NCBI GenBank assembly: GCA_964548625.1
Contig: CAZJRY010000002.1
Coordinates: forward strand, 28,206-92,205
From: an uncultured Mediterraneibacter sp.
Lineage (GTDB): Bacteria > Bacillota > Clostridia > Lachnospirales > Lachnospiraceae
Direction of reading: 5' to 3'
Length of the DNA: 64,000 nt
Notes under the pieces: generated by a model
Database searches by the model: none
What the model saw: the letters and a program-made list of their open reading frames with translations, nothing else
Told to the model about the DNA's origin: nothing
Program-made: the position numbers and the translations under genes
Part shown: positions 42,714 through 51,829 of the stretch, one piece after another
Position numbering within the stretch: position 1 is the stretch's first letter
Layout of the letters: each line of letters opens with the position of its first letter

Positions 42714-44048
42714 TTATGTAAGCAGTCTGATCTGTCTTGAAATCCCGAGCGCAACTCCCATCTCCGCCATCAGGAACAGGATGGCCGTACCGCCGTAACT
42801 GATGAACGGCAGAGTGATACCCGTGGTAGGAAACAGTCCTGTGACCACCGCTATATTAAAGATAACCTGAATAGCGATATGAGCAAATATTCCTGCCGCG
42901 ATCAGAGATCCGTACAGATCCGGAGCATTCTTCGAGATGAACATCAGCCGGTAAAGCAGGAATCCAAACAGGATCAGGATCAGGAACGCGCCGAACACTC
43001 CCAGCTCTTCGCAGATAACGACAAGGATCATATCATTCTGCGCCTCCGGGATCATTCCCAGCTTCTGCGTGCTGTTCCCGAGTCCTTTGCCAAACAGGCC
43101 GCCGCTTCCGATCGCGTACAGCCCCTGCATTACCTGATAGCTGCCGTCATCCGACGATGACTCGGGATCCAGCCACGAGATGATCCGCTGAATTCTGAAA
43201 TTATCGCTGTTAGCCGCGATAACCGACAGAACCGCGATCCCGACCGCTATCAGGATGATCCCGACTATAATGAGTATAACAAAAGGCTTTGTCTTCGGAT
43301 GGACCAGAAAGATCAGGATACAGGTGATCGCCATTACGATAATCGCGGTACTTAAATTGTCCGTCAGGAACAGGACGCCGCCCGAAGCGACAGCGCCAAA
43401 CGCGAGTACACGGATGATCCCTTTCAGCGTATAGGCTTTCCTTCCCAGCCGGCAAAGCTCATACGCAATAAACAGGATCACCGCGATCTTAGTGATCTCG
43501 GCAGGCTGGAGGGTCTGATTGCCCGGAAGCCGGATCCACCTTCTCGCTCCGTTGAACTCCAGCCCCAGAGGAGTCTTCACAAGAGCCATCATGAATATGG
43601 AAAATATATAAATTTCGAACGCGAACGCGCCGTATATGTGATAGTCGATCCTGGAGACGATAAACATCACGACGGCCCCCGCTCCCGCGATCGCGGCCTG
43701 CCTGATAAAGTAGTACATATCATTCCCGAAGTCGGCTTCCGCTTCATACGAACTCGTGCTGTAGAGCATTACAAGTCCGAAACACATGAGAAACACAATG
43801 ACAAACAGCAGGTCATAGTCAAAATACTTCTCATATCCGGTTTTGGCGGCCGTGCGGGGAAGTCTTTCCACCGGCTGCGGAGTCCTCAGCACCTTACGCC
43901 TTCTGTCGATCGCCTGACGGTACGCGCTGCCGTACCTTGACCGGATCTCCGCCACGGGCATCGGCTGTGTATCTCCGGGCACATTTTTTTTCTTCTTTCT
44001 GTTCGACTGTCCGCGCCGGTTGACCGGCTTCACGATCCTGCTCTTCAT
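42714..44048 (-). CDS. Second SEDS family protein (FtsW/RodA/SpoVE) with long basic N-terminal extension
   Basis: GARRWI, LQPAEITK, YQVMQGLYAIGSGG, IPEAQNDMI, LPFISYGG. Confidence 0.92.
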   Translation of the reverse strand: MKSRIVKPVNRRGQSNRKKKKNVPGDTQPMPVAEIRSRYGSAYRQAIDRRRKVLRTPQPVERLPRTAAKTGYEKYFDYDLLFVIVFLMCFGLVMLYSTSSYEAEADFGNDMYYFIRQAAIAGAGAVVMFIVSRIDYHIYGAFAFEIYIFSIFMMALVKTPLGLEFNGARRWIRLPGNQTLQPAEITKIAVILFIAYELCRLGRKAYTLKGIIRVLAFGAVASGGVLFLTDNLSTAIIVMAITCILIFLVHPKTKPFVILIIVGIILIAVGIAVLSVIAANSDNFRIQRIISWLDPESSSDDGSYQVMQGLYAIGSGGLFGKGLGNSTQKLGMIPEAQNDMILVVICEELGVFGAFLILILFGFLLYRLMFISKNAPDLYGSLIAAGIFAHIAIQVIFNIAVVTGLFPTTGITLPFISYGGTAILFLMAEMGVALGISRQIRLLT

Positions 44049-44166
44049 ATTGCCATCGCTCTCCGATATAAATATTCTCGCCTATAACAGATAAGGAACC
44101 AGTTTCGGCAGCCGTATCTGCCCGATCTGATCCCTTATGGTAACGCCTGATAATGATTTTCACTCA

Positions 44167-44241
44167 TCGGGGTGACAGGATTCGAACCTGCGGCCTCACG
44201 GCCCCCAGCCGTGCGCTCTAACCAAACTGAGCCACACCCCG
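44167..44241 (-). tRNA. tRNA-Pro(GGG), CCA not encoded
   Basis: Minus strand CGGGGTGTGGCTCAGTTTGGTTAGAGCGCACGGCTGGGGGCCGTGAGGCCGCAGGTTCGAATCCTGTCACCCCGA. Acceptor stem CGGGGTG/CACCCCG, anticodon loop CT-GGG-GG, T-loop GTTCGAATC. Confidence 0.97.
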
Positions 44242-44253
44242 CTGACCTAATAC

Positions 44254-44282
44254 ATTATATATAATTTAACTGAAATTGTAAA
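44254..44282 (-). promoter_or_regulatory. Sigma-A promoter of tRNA-Pro
   Basis: TTTACA-N17-TATAAT, 12 nt upstream of the tRNA 5' end. Confidence 0.75.
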
Positions 44283-44314
44283 GAAATATTTCACTAATCT
44301 TTTCAATCCCCCAT

Positions 44315-44342
44315 TCACATCTCTTTTTCATTCTCATACTTT
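44315..44342 (+). promoter_or_regulatory. Putative sigma-E promoter of cotJ
   Basis: TCACATC-N13-CATACTTT resembles the sigma-E consensus (kCATAtt...CATAcanT). cotJ is sigma-E controlled in B. subtilis. Confidence 0.5.
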
Positions 44343-44384
44343 AAATACAAAGCCATGCTTAAATATGAAAGGAGATGCCACAAT

Positions 44385-44645
44385 ATGGCAAATTGTCAGA
44401 ATAATATGTACTATCCGCGCCGTTCCATGCAGTCCGCGCAGACGGCGCAGGGTCCGCGCGGCCGGAATACCGGCGGATGCCCGGATACACACGACCATTT
44501 TCCGGCTGATATGCCGATCGCCATGGCCTATGTCCCCTGGCAGAGATGGCGGGAACTCTATGAACCGCGCAAAGGACTGGAAAGCGGGACCATCTTCCGG
44601 GAACTGGATAAACCGTTTCTCGGGAAAGGAGGTGCGCGCAGATGA
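44385..44645 (+). CDS. cotJA: Spore coat protein CotJA
   Basis: PIAMAYVPWQRWRELYEPRKGLESGTIFRELDKPF. AAAGGAG RBS before ATG 44385. Confidence 0.9.
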   Translation: MANCQNNMYYPRRSMQSAQTAQGPRGRNTGGCPDTHDHFPADMPIAMAYVPWQRWRELYEPRKGLESGTIFRELDKPFLGKGGARR

Positions 44646-44935
44646 ATAATCGGATGAACAGCCAGACGGATCATCAGATGAACCGCAGGCAGCTTTTGAA
44701 CCATATCAATCAGGTCAGCTTTGCCGTAGACGACGTCAAACTGTATCTCGATACGCATCCATGCGACACGGAAGCTCTCGACTATTTCCGCCAGATGAGC
44801 CGCCGTCGCAATGAGGCGCTGAAAGAATACGCCGCGACATACGGTCCGCTCACCATCGACACGGCGGAGGATTCCTGCGCCGAACGATGGAACTGGATCA
44901 ACGAGCCGTGGCCATGGCAGGAAGGAGGATGCTGA
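44642..44935 (+). CDS. cotJB: Spore coat protein CotJB
   Basis: SFAVDDVKLYLDTHP, YGPL, WNWINEPWPWQ. ATGA overlap with cotJA. Confidence 0.92.
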   Translation: MNNRMNSQTDHQMNRRQLLNHINQVSFAVDDVKLYLDTHPCDTEALDYFRQMSRRRNEALKEYAATYGPLTIDTAEDSCAERWNWINEPWPWQEGGC

Positions 44936-44938
44936 CCT

Positions 44939-45535
44939 ATGTGGAATTATGAAAAAAGACTTCAATATCCGGTAAAAATCACACAGACCAATCCGAAAAT
45001 CGCCCAGATCATCATAACGCAGTTCGGCGGACCGGACGGAGAGCTTGGAGCCTCTATGCGCTATCTGGCACAGAGATATACCATGCCGTATAAGGAAGTG
45101 ACCGGCACGCTCACAGATATCGGCACCGAGGAGCTCGCCCATCTGGAAATGATCTGCGCGATCGTATACCAGCTTACCAAGGATCTCTCCCCTGAGGAGA
45201 TCGAGCGGTCGGGATTCGCGCCTTACTATGTGGACCACACCCTCGCTCTCTGGCCTCAGGCGGCGAGCGGTACTCCATGGAGCGCCACCACTTTCCAGTC
45301 AAAAGGCGATCCGATCACGGATCTCAACGAAGATCTCGCTGCGGAACAGAAGGCGCGAACGACCTATGACAACATCCTGCGCCTTATCAAAGATCCCGAA
45401 GTCTGCGATCCGATCCGCTTCTTGAGGCAGCGAGAGATCGTACACTACCAGCGTTTCGGCGAGAGCCTCCGGATCATACAGGATAAGCTTGACAGCCGGA
45501 ACTTCTATGCCTTTAACCCGGAATTCGACAGTTAG
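44939..45535 (+). CDS. cotJC: Spore coat protein CotJC (manganese catalase family)
   Basis: MWNYEKRLQYPV, QFGGPDGELGASMRYL, DIGTEELAHLEM, DLAAEQKAR, REIVHYQRFGE. Confidence 0.95.
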   Translation: MWNYEKRLQYPVKITQTNPKIAQIIITQFGGPDGELGASMRYLAQRYTMPYKEVTGTLTDIGTEELAHLEMICAIVYQLTKDLSPEEIERSGFAPYYVDHTLALWPQAASGTPWSATTFQSKGDPITDLNEDLAAEQKARTTYDNILRLIKDPEVCDPIRFLRQREIVHYQRFGESLRIIQDKLDSRNFYAFNPEFDS

Positions 45536-45560
45536 GCACACGCCGCATTATCCGCAAAGG

Positions 45561-45597
45561 CTCTGCGGGGAACCGGATGCAGCGGTTCCCCGCGGAG
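45561..45597. terminator. Hairpin between convergent cotJC and htrA
   Basis: CTCTGCGGGGAACCG-gatgcag-CGGTTCCCCGCGGAG. Confidence 0.7.
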
Positions 45598-45618
45598 TCT
45601 GTATATCTGCCGCTCCTT

Positions 45619-46905
45619 TCAGCTCAGCGTAACTTCGATATTCTGTTCTTCATATTCCCCGTTCGTCTGCGGGACCCGGAGCGTCAGCGTCACCGTTTCC
45701 CCTTTCGCATAATACTGAAGCTGCTCCTGCAGCGCGTCCATGCTGTCCACAGATGTCCCGTTGATCGCGGTGATAATACAGCCTTTCGTCACACCGGCTT
45801 TCTCTGCCCCGCCGCCTTCCGTAACTTCTGTCACATAGACGCCTGCCGGCAGGTCGATCTGCTCCGAAAAGGCGTCCGACACGCTGATTCCGATGATGCC
45901 GATCATCCCCCGTTCGTCCTCAGATACCTTTTCTTTCGTTTCCAGATTCATCAGCCCCTCGATCAGATCAGACACATCACTGATCGGAATAGCATATCCG
46001 ATCCCCTCCACACTGTCGCCGACCAGTTTTGCCGAGTTAATGCCGACCACTTCACCATTCACATTGACAAGCGCGCCGCCGCTGTTTCCTTCATTGATCG
46101 CCGCGTCTGTCTGGATCAGATTGACACTGCTCTCAACCGTCTGGCCTGTTTCGCTGTCTGTCACGGCAACCGAACGGTCAAGAGCGCTGATCACGCCGGT
46201 GGTAACAGACTGTCCGTATCCGAGCGCGTTGCCGATCGCGATCGCGGGCTCCCCCACTTTAAGTTCCGTCGAATCCCCGAGAGTCGCGATCTTGAGAGAG
46301 CTCAGTGTCTCAGAAGAAACCTCCCCGGATGAAACCGCGATCACCGCGACGTCATAATCGGCATCTGCTCCCTTTATGTCAGCTTCTACGCTGGTTTCGT
46401 CATTAAAAGTAACTGTCAGGGTATCGCTGTCCTCCACCACATGATTATTCGTGACGATCAGGAGCTCCGAGTCGCTCTCACCGATGATGATGCCCGTTCC
46501 GGCGCCCTCGCTCTGCTCCTCATATGTGCCGCCGAAGAAACTCTGCACCTCTTCTATCGACATACTGGTTATAGACACTATAGACGGCAGCACCTCCTCC
46601 ACCACTTCCGACACATCCGACGTCACTACGCTGGAGGATGTTGACAGGGTTATAACGCCGTCCTCTGACGAATCAGACTCCCTGTCCAGACCCAGAATCC
46701 GGCTTCCCACTATGTTAGATGCAAGGAACACCGAGCTTGATACAACGCCAAATAAGATCGCAAGCCCTGTCACCCCGGCAACCACTGCCACGCCTTTATG
46801 TTTCTTTCCGTTCTTCCTCGGAGGTTCATGATCCGGCTGAACACCGTCTTTTCGTCCATATTGATAATTACCGTCCGGACTGTAGTAATTATAATGATTA
46901 TCCAT
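45619..46905 (-). CDS. htrA: HtrA/DegP-like membrane serine protease with PDZ domain
   Basis: TM anchor, catalytic triad motifs TNNHVV, DVAVI and GNSGG, C-terminal PDZ (GIIGI...GVYVTEV). Confidence 0.92.
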   Translation of the reverse strand: MDNHYNYYSPDGNYQYGRKDGVQPDHEPPRKNGKKHKGVAVVAGVTGLAILFGVVSSSVFLASNIVGSRILGLDRESDSSEDGVITLSTSSSVVTSDVSEVVEEVLPSIVSITSMSIEEVQSFFGGTYEEQSEGAGTGIIIGESDSELLIVTNNHVVEDSDTLTVTFNDETSVEADIKGADADYDVAVIAVSSGEVSSETLSSLKIATLGDSTELKVGEPAIAIGNALGYGQSVTTGVISALDRSVAVTDSETGQTVESSVNLIQTDAAINEGNSGGALVNVNGEVVGINSAKLVGDSVEGIGYAIPISDVSDLIEGLMNLETKEKVSEDERGMIGIIGISVSDAFSEQIDLPAGVYVTEVTEGGGAEKAGVTKGCIITAINGTSVDSMDALQEQLQYYAKGETVTLTLRVPQTNGEYEEQNIEVTLS

Positions 46906-47060
46906 ATGATTACCCGCTTTCTGCCGACTTTATTATTTATCATAGCAGTATATTATGATGAAACTGTGTTCAACCATCCGATAAACATGAAAAAAGAGAC
47001 AGTCCGGGCGTCCGGTAACATATGCTCTGAAAACCGGCCGCCGGATCTGTCTCTCAATGA

Positions 47061-48503
47061 TTACAGATCTATGAAATCAATATCGTAGTCATCTTCTGAA
47101 GAACTGCTTTTCTTCCTTTTTCCGCCTCTTCCCACGCGGGTAGTCACAGCGTCGTCATAGTCGTCATCATCCTCGTCATCGTATTCATCGTATTCATCGT
47201 CCCCGTAATCATACTCATCGTCATCATCCTCGTAATCGTCGTCGTACTCATCGTCCTCGTCATCGTATTCATCGTCCTCCGGCTCCTCAGCCGCTTTCTT
47301 CTTTTTCTTTTTATCCGGCTTTGCGGCGTCTGCTTCCTTATCCTCCTCGTCATATGGGATATCATATTCGTCATACAGATCGTCCAGTTCCTGATTGCGG
47401 TGAACCAGTTTAACCGCAAATACAACAGCCAGAATGAACAGGATCAGGATTACAAGCGCCAGCGCGATAAGAACGAGAAGGATGTGATCGCCGATCAGTT
47501 CACCGATACTGCCCGGCAGCACTGATCCCGAGCTCTCGTCAGTATCCTCCGGTTCCGTGAAATACTGATAAGTCTCATCTTCTGTATCATACTGGTACAG
47601 CCCGCTCTCTCCGGTCCGCGTATTCAGCGCGTATAATACATAATACCTTGAATCTGACGGATCCGCCCACGCCGGGAACTGCTGATCGTCTACCGTCAGT
47701 TCTACCTCCTGATAATCATCCGACAGGCTCACGGAATCCGCGTCACTCAGCAGTATAATGCTCGTAGTTTCAGAAATCTCCAGTTCATAGTACGGTGAGA
47801 AAGTCGCGTCCTCCTCATCGAACAGGAAGAAGCTTCCCGCTCCCGAGGAATCCACAAGGTATCCAAGTGTAACTCCCGCTTCATTCGCCACAAACGTCCG
47901 CTCTTCACTGTTAAAAGTCAGCGTCGTCTCGGAATATCCGTCCGGGATGTCATTTGCGGTAAATGCTTCGGAGAAATAATAGTCCGTGCCGTTTACCGTA
48001 ACGACAATATCCGTTGTCTCTCCTGATGATGTCGAACCGGAGGCTTCTATCGAAGTAGTCCCGTCATCCGCCGCCTCGATCGTGACCGTGGATGAGCCTT
48101 CGCTCAGTTCCAGCGTCTCGCCGCTTGCCAGCGCGGCCGTTGAGCTGTCAACCGAGATCACCGCCGTTCCGGTCGTGAGCGCGCGGAACGTGACAGTCTC
48201 CCTGAGCTCCGCTCCGTCACCGGTGCCCGAATATGTCAGTGTGCCCGATCCGTCGGCAGTAAATCCGTCTCCGCTCACAAATTCCAGCGCTGTCGTATCA
48301 TATGTCATGGTCACTTCAACGTCACCGACAGTCTCCCCGCTGCTGCTCTGAACAACAAAATCGATGTCAACTTCATCTCCGACCTGCGCGGACGGGTCGG
48401 AGAACATCAGCACGCCCTCTGCCGCGAAAGCTACTGTCCCGATCATCGGGACCATGAGACATACGGCAAGGATCATTCCTGCAAATTTCTTTAATACTTT
48501 CAT
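47061..48503 (-). CDS. Cell-surface membrane protein: signal peptide, cohesin-like beta domain, TM helix, acidic Tyr-rich cytoplasmic tail
   Basis: AxA signal peptide. VGDEVDIDFVV...VTMTYDTTALEFVSG is cohesin-like. TM near the C-terminus, then a KKKKKK patch and DEY repeats. Confidence 0.75.
   Translation of the reverse strand: MKVLKKFAGMILAVCLMVPMIGTVAFAAEGVLMFSDPSAQVGDEVDIDFVVQSSSGETVGDVEVTMTYDTTALEFVSGDGFTADGSGTLTYSGTGDGAELRETVTFRALTTGTAVISVDSSTAALASGETLELSEGSSTVTIEAADDGTTSIEASGSTSSGETTDIVVTVNGTDYYFSEAFTANDIPDGYSETTLTFNSEERTFVANEAGVTLGYLVDSSGAGSFFLFDEEDATFSPYYELEISETTSIILLSDADSVSLSDDYQEVELTVDDQQFPAWADPSDSRYYVLYALNTRTGESGLYQYDTEDETYQYFTEPEDTDESSGSVLPGSIGELIGDHILLVLIALALVILILFILAVVFAVKLVHRNQELDDLYDEYDIPYDEEDKEADAAKPDKKKKKKAAEEPEDDEYDDEDDEYDDDYEDDDDEYDYGDDEYDEYDDEDDDDYDDAVTTRVGRGGKRKKSSSSEDDYDIDFIDL
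47150..47280 (-). repeat. Low-complexity Asp/Glu/Tyr codon repeat
   Basis: TCATC/TCGTC/GTATTC reiterations encoding DDEYDDEDDEYDDDYEDDDDEYDYGDDEY. Confidence 0.85.
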
Positions 48504-48629
48504 ATGATTACCTCTTCTGTATTTGATTACTTTCCCCTATGAACTTCTGTCAGATCATAGAATTATACATTTACCATCATACACGCTTTGCGATGAAAAG
48601 TCCAGAATCTTCCCTCTATTTTCAATCTG

Positions 48630-50093
48630 TCACTCCTCGGTTGCTGTTGTTCCCGAACCGGTATCCGTACTTCCGCTTTCAGTTTCTCCGCCGCTTCCGG
48701 TGTCCGTTCCGCCGGTATCGGTACTCCCGCCGCCTGAGCTGCCACTCGAACTGCTGCTGTCGGAACTGCTGCCGGAACTGCCGATCGAACTGCTTTCCGG
48801 ACTGCTGCCGGAACTGTCGCCTGAACCGCTTCCCGGGCTGCTGTCGGAACCGCTTTCCGAACCGCCGCTGTAATTCCCGCCGGAACTGCCGCTCGAACTG
48901 CTTCCCGAAGAACCGTTACTGTAACTGTAGCCGTAATCATTACTGTCGTCATAATAATAATCGTCACTGTAATATTCGTCTCCCGTTTCCGACGACGAGG
49001 ACGACCCCGCCGATTCTACAGTGCTGATAATATTGGCGCTGATCGTCTGCACAGTCGATGAAGGTGTATAATCTGTCGTACCGAAAAGGAATTCATGCAG
49101 CTGCGACACATTGGATTCGAGATCCTCGGGAATAACGATGCTTCCCAGACCGGACAGCGTATCCGTAGACTTATCGATAGGAAATCCGATATTATCTCCC
49201 AGTGTGTACTCGCTGTAGGCGGACGCGTACGTCAGCAGCTCCTGCAGCGTAAAACTTGTGGATACCTGAGGGAATACTTCATCTATGATCTCGTTGATCG
49301 TCGCCAGATCCGCTTCCATCGCTTTTTCAAACATCTTTTCGATCACCAGCCTCTGACGCTCGGTACGGGTAAAGTCCCCGCCGGAGGTCGAACGGATGCG
49401 GGCATATGTCGTAGCCTGAGTCCCGTCCAGCAGCTGAAGCCCCGCCTCCTCGACCGGATTCGCTTCCGTCCCGGCAGAGTTCGCCGTCTCGTCGATGTAC
49501 TTATTCAGCGCTTCAACTTCCTCCTCCTCGAGTTCGATCTCGATCCCGCCGAGAAGGTCGATGGCGTCCGCGATCGCGCCAAAATCGACTGTCACATAAT
49601 CTTCGATGTCAAGGTCCAGATTCATATTCAGCATATTGATCGCCATAACAGCTCCGCCGTAACTGTATGCCGCGTTGCATTTCTGATAAGTCCCGTCCGA
49701 GAGGTCAAGAAGAGTATCCCGGTACACAGAGACCAGTTTGATCTCTTTTGTCTCATTGTTGAGACTTGCTATGATGATACAGTCCGTCCGGTTGCCCTCG
49801 CCCAGACTGCCGTCCCGGGAGTCAACGCCGAACAGGGCTATATTGGTGTATCCCTCTCCCAGATCCAGATCCTCGTTCACATCTTCATTGATGATAAGAT
49901 CTTCCGCCTCAATACTCTGCGTATCGACCTTATTCCACTTCGCGTACACATATGCCGCGCCCGCAAATGCCATGCAGAACAGAACCCCCGCCGTGCAGAG
50001 CATGACCCTCTGCCACATCTTCATTTTCGTAAACCAGTTTCCTTTGCCGGCGCGGGCACGTCTGCGGCCGCGTCTTCTTACGTTTTTTGACAT
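48630..50093 (-). CDS. LCP (LytR-CpsA-Psr) family glycopolymer-peptidoglycan ligase with Ser/Gly-rich tail
   Basis: NIALFGVDSR, RTDCII, SVYRDT, KCNAAY, LDGTQATTYARIR, DFTRTERQR. Confidence 0.93.
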   Translation of the reverse strand: MSKNVRRRGRRRARAGKGNWFTKMKMWQRVMLCTAGVLFCMAFAGAAYVYAKWNKVDTQSIEAEDLIINEDVNEDLDLGEGYTNIALFGVDSRDGSLGEGNRTDCIIIASLNNETKEIKLVSVYRDTLLDLSDGTYQKCNAAYSYGGAVMAINMLNMNLDLDIEDYVTVDFGAIADAIDLLGGIEIELEEEEVEALNKYIDETANSAGTEANPVEEAGLQLLDGTQATTYARIRSTSGGDFTRTERQRLVIEKMFEKAMEADLATINEIIDEVFPQVSTSFTLQELLTYASAYSEYTLGDNIGFPIDKSTDTLSGLGSIVIPEDLESNVSQLHEFLFGTTDYTPSSTVQTISANIISTVESAGSSSSSETGDEYYSDDYYYDDSNDYGYSYSNGSSGSSSSGSSGGNYSGGSESGSDSSPGSGSGDSSGSSPESSSIGSSGSSSDSSSSSGSSGGGSTDTGGTDTGSGGETESGSTDTGSGTTATEE

Positions 50094-50146
50094 TGATCTT
50101 CACCTGTGTCTTTGAGAATTAATTTATCTTTGTTTCCGTCTGCGCC

Positions 50147-50977
50147 TTAACCGAATAACCGGGACCAGAGACTTTTCTTTTCGCTGACAATAAGCCGTTC
50201 TTTGAACTTCTTGTCCAGTATTTTCCTTTTCTCTTTCGCGGGCATGGCGTTCATCTCCTCCACATAATCCGAGTAATGATCCGCCACCTCATCGATCGGC
50301 CCCATCTCGACCATCCTGCCGCCCTCGATCCAGAGCCCTGTTTTGCAGAAACCTCGCACCTGCGCGAGAGAATGCGAGATAAACAGGATCGTCTTATTCT
50401 CTTCATTTCTCAGCTGCATCATCCGGTCAAGACACTTCTTCGCAAAACCTTTATCGCCGACAGACAACGCCTCGTCTATAATAAAGATATCCGGATCAAG
50501 CGCAAGAGAAATGGAAAAACCGAGCCGGGATTTCATACCGCTCGAATACTTCTTCACCGGTTGGTAAAGAAAATCCCCCAGCTCCGCGAACTCGATGACT
50601 CCTTCCGTCATTTCCCGGATCTTCTTCTTGTTGAATCCGAGCAGGGCGCCCTTTACATTGATATTCTCAAGGCCGGTCAACTGATTGTTGAGTCCCGTAT
50701 TGATCGAGATCAACGCCTGTTCTCCGTGGACGTCAAGCGTGCCTTCATCAATATCCGATATGCCGGAGAGCACAAGCGAAAGTGTCGATTTGCCGGAGCC
50801 GTTTGTCCCGAGGATCCCGACCACATCGCCTTTCTTTATCTTCAGGGAGATGTCCCGCAGAGCATAGAAGTTTTCCGCTCCCCTGACCTCTCCGTCCTTT
50901 TTCTTTAATTTGTATATTTTCGAAACATGCTCAAGTTCTACGGCATATTCCATATTGTCATAATTCGGTGAAACCAT
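50147..50977 (-). CDS. tagH: Teichoic acid/polysaccharide ABC exporter ATP-binding subunit (TagH-like)
   Basis: FYALRDISL, GTNGSGKST, QPVKKYSSGMKSRLGF, IIDEALSVGD. Confidence 0.88.
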   Translation of the reverse strand: MVSPNYDNMEYAVELEHVSKIYKLKKKDGEVRGAENFYALRDISLKIKKGDVVGILGTNGSGKSTLSLVLSGISDIDEGTLDVHGEQALISINTGLNNQLTGLENINVKGALLGFNKKKIREMTEGVIEFAELGDFLYQPVKKYSSGMKSRLGFSISLALDPDIFIIDEALSVGDKGFAKKCLDRMMQLRNEENKTILFISHSLAQVRGFCKTGLWIEGGRMVEMGPIDEVADHYSDYVEEMNAMPAKEKRKILDKKFKERLIVSEKKSLWSRLFG

Positions 50978-50989
50978 ACTGCCATCCCT

Positions 50990-51808
50990 CTATATCAGAT
51001 CAATAAACTTACGTTTGAATTTGTACATGAGCACGCATCCGACTGAAAATAGTATGAGCACGACGAGCCAGAAATAAACGGTCAGTGCCGGATGCTGCCA
51101 GAATCCCTCATAATAGAATACGGATTCCCTGTATCCGCTCACTATGTAATAAACCGGATTCAGTTTCATAATAAAATTCAGCACACTGTGATACGGCACA
51201 TCATCGCTGAAGTGACATTCCCATATAACAGGTGAAAAATACATGAGCATCCGCATCAGCGACGTCACCAGTTTGCGCACATCACGCCAGAGCATTGTAA
51301 GCACGGAGAGTATCATAGAAACCGATTCATTAAATATAAACGCGCACAGAGCATAATAGATCAGTCCGAACCAGTAGAGGTTCGGTCCGTGCCCGCATAT
51401 CAGAAGAGTGACGAACGCGATGACCAGCATACAGAGATGATTGAAAAACTCTTTTGCGCAGATCGTAGCCGGAAGCACGCTGACGGGGAATTTCATCTTT
51501 GTTATTACATTTGTTTTCGAAAAGACAGCGCTGCATCCTTTCTGAATACACGGCTGGACAAACCACCACGCGGCATACCCCACAACAAGCCACGGGAGAT
51601 ATTCTATATCCCCGACCGGCTTTCTGTTCCACGCGATGCCGAAGATCAGCCAGTACGTCAGTACCTGTATGGCCGGTGACGCGAAGTTCCAAAAAATACC
51701 GAATTTAGAGTCGCGCATATCCGCAAGAAGCTCATATTTCGCTATGCAGTATATACGGTATATATTCTGAAGGTTTTCTGTTAATACGTATTTGATACTG
51801 GCAAACAC
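50990..51808 (-). CDS. tagG: Teichoic acid/polysaccharide ABC exporter permease (TagG-like)
   Basis: ABC-2 membrane pattern: AKYELLADMRDSKFGIFW, YLPWLVVG, KMKFP, LNPVYYIVSGYR. Confidence 0.86.
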   Translation of the reverse strand: MFASIKYVLTENLQNIYRIYCIAKYELLADMRDSKFGIFWNFASPAIQVLTYWLIFGIAWNRKPVGDIEYLPWLVVGYAAWWFVQPCIQKGCSAVFSKTNVITKMKFPVSVLPATICAKEFFNHLCMLVIAFVTLLICGHGPNLYWFGLIYYALCAFIFNESVSMILSVLTMLWRDVRKLVTSLMRMLMYFSPVIWECHFSDDVPYHSVLNFIMKLNPVYYIVSGYRESVFYYEGFWQHPALTVYFWLVVLILFSVGCVLMYKFKRKFIDLI

Positions 51809-51829
51809 TCTGTTTCCTCCGTTACTGTT

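Noticed and set aside
44167-44241. tRNA-Pro as an island integration site
   Set aside because: No integrase nearby, no duplicated tRNA 3' end seen in the window, and the flanks are core genes.
13901-47065. Large intergenic hairpins as a REP or MITE family
   Set aside because: The stems at 13901, 17412, 29579, 37102, 41278, 45561 and ~47022 share no sequence. They are best read as independent terminators.
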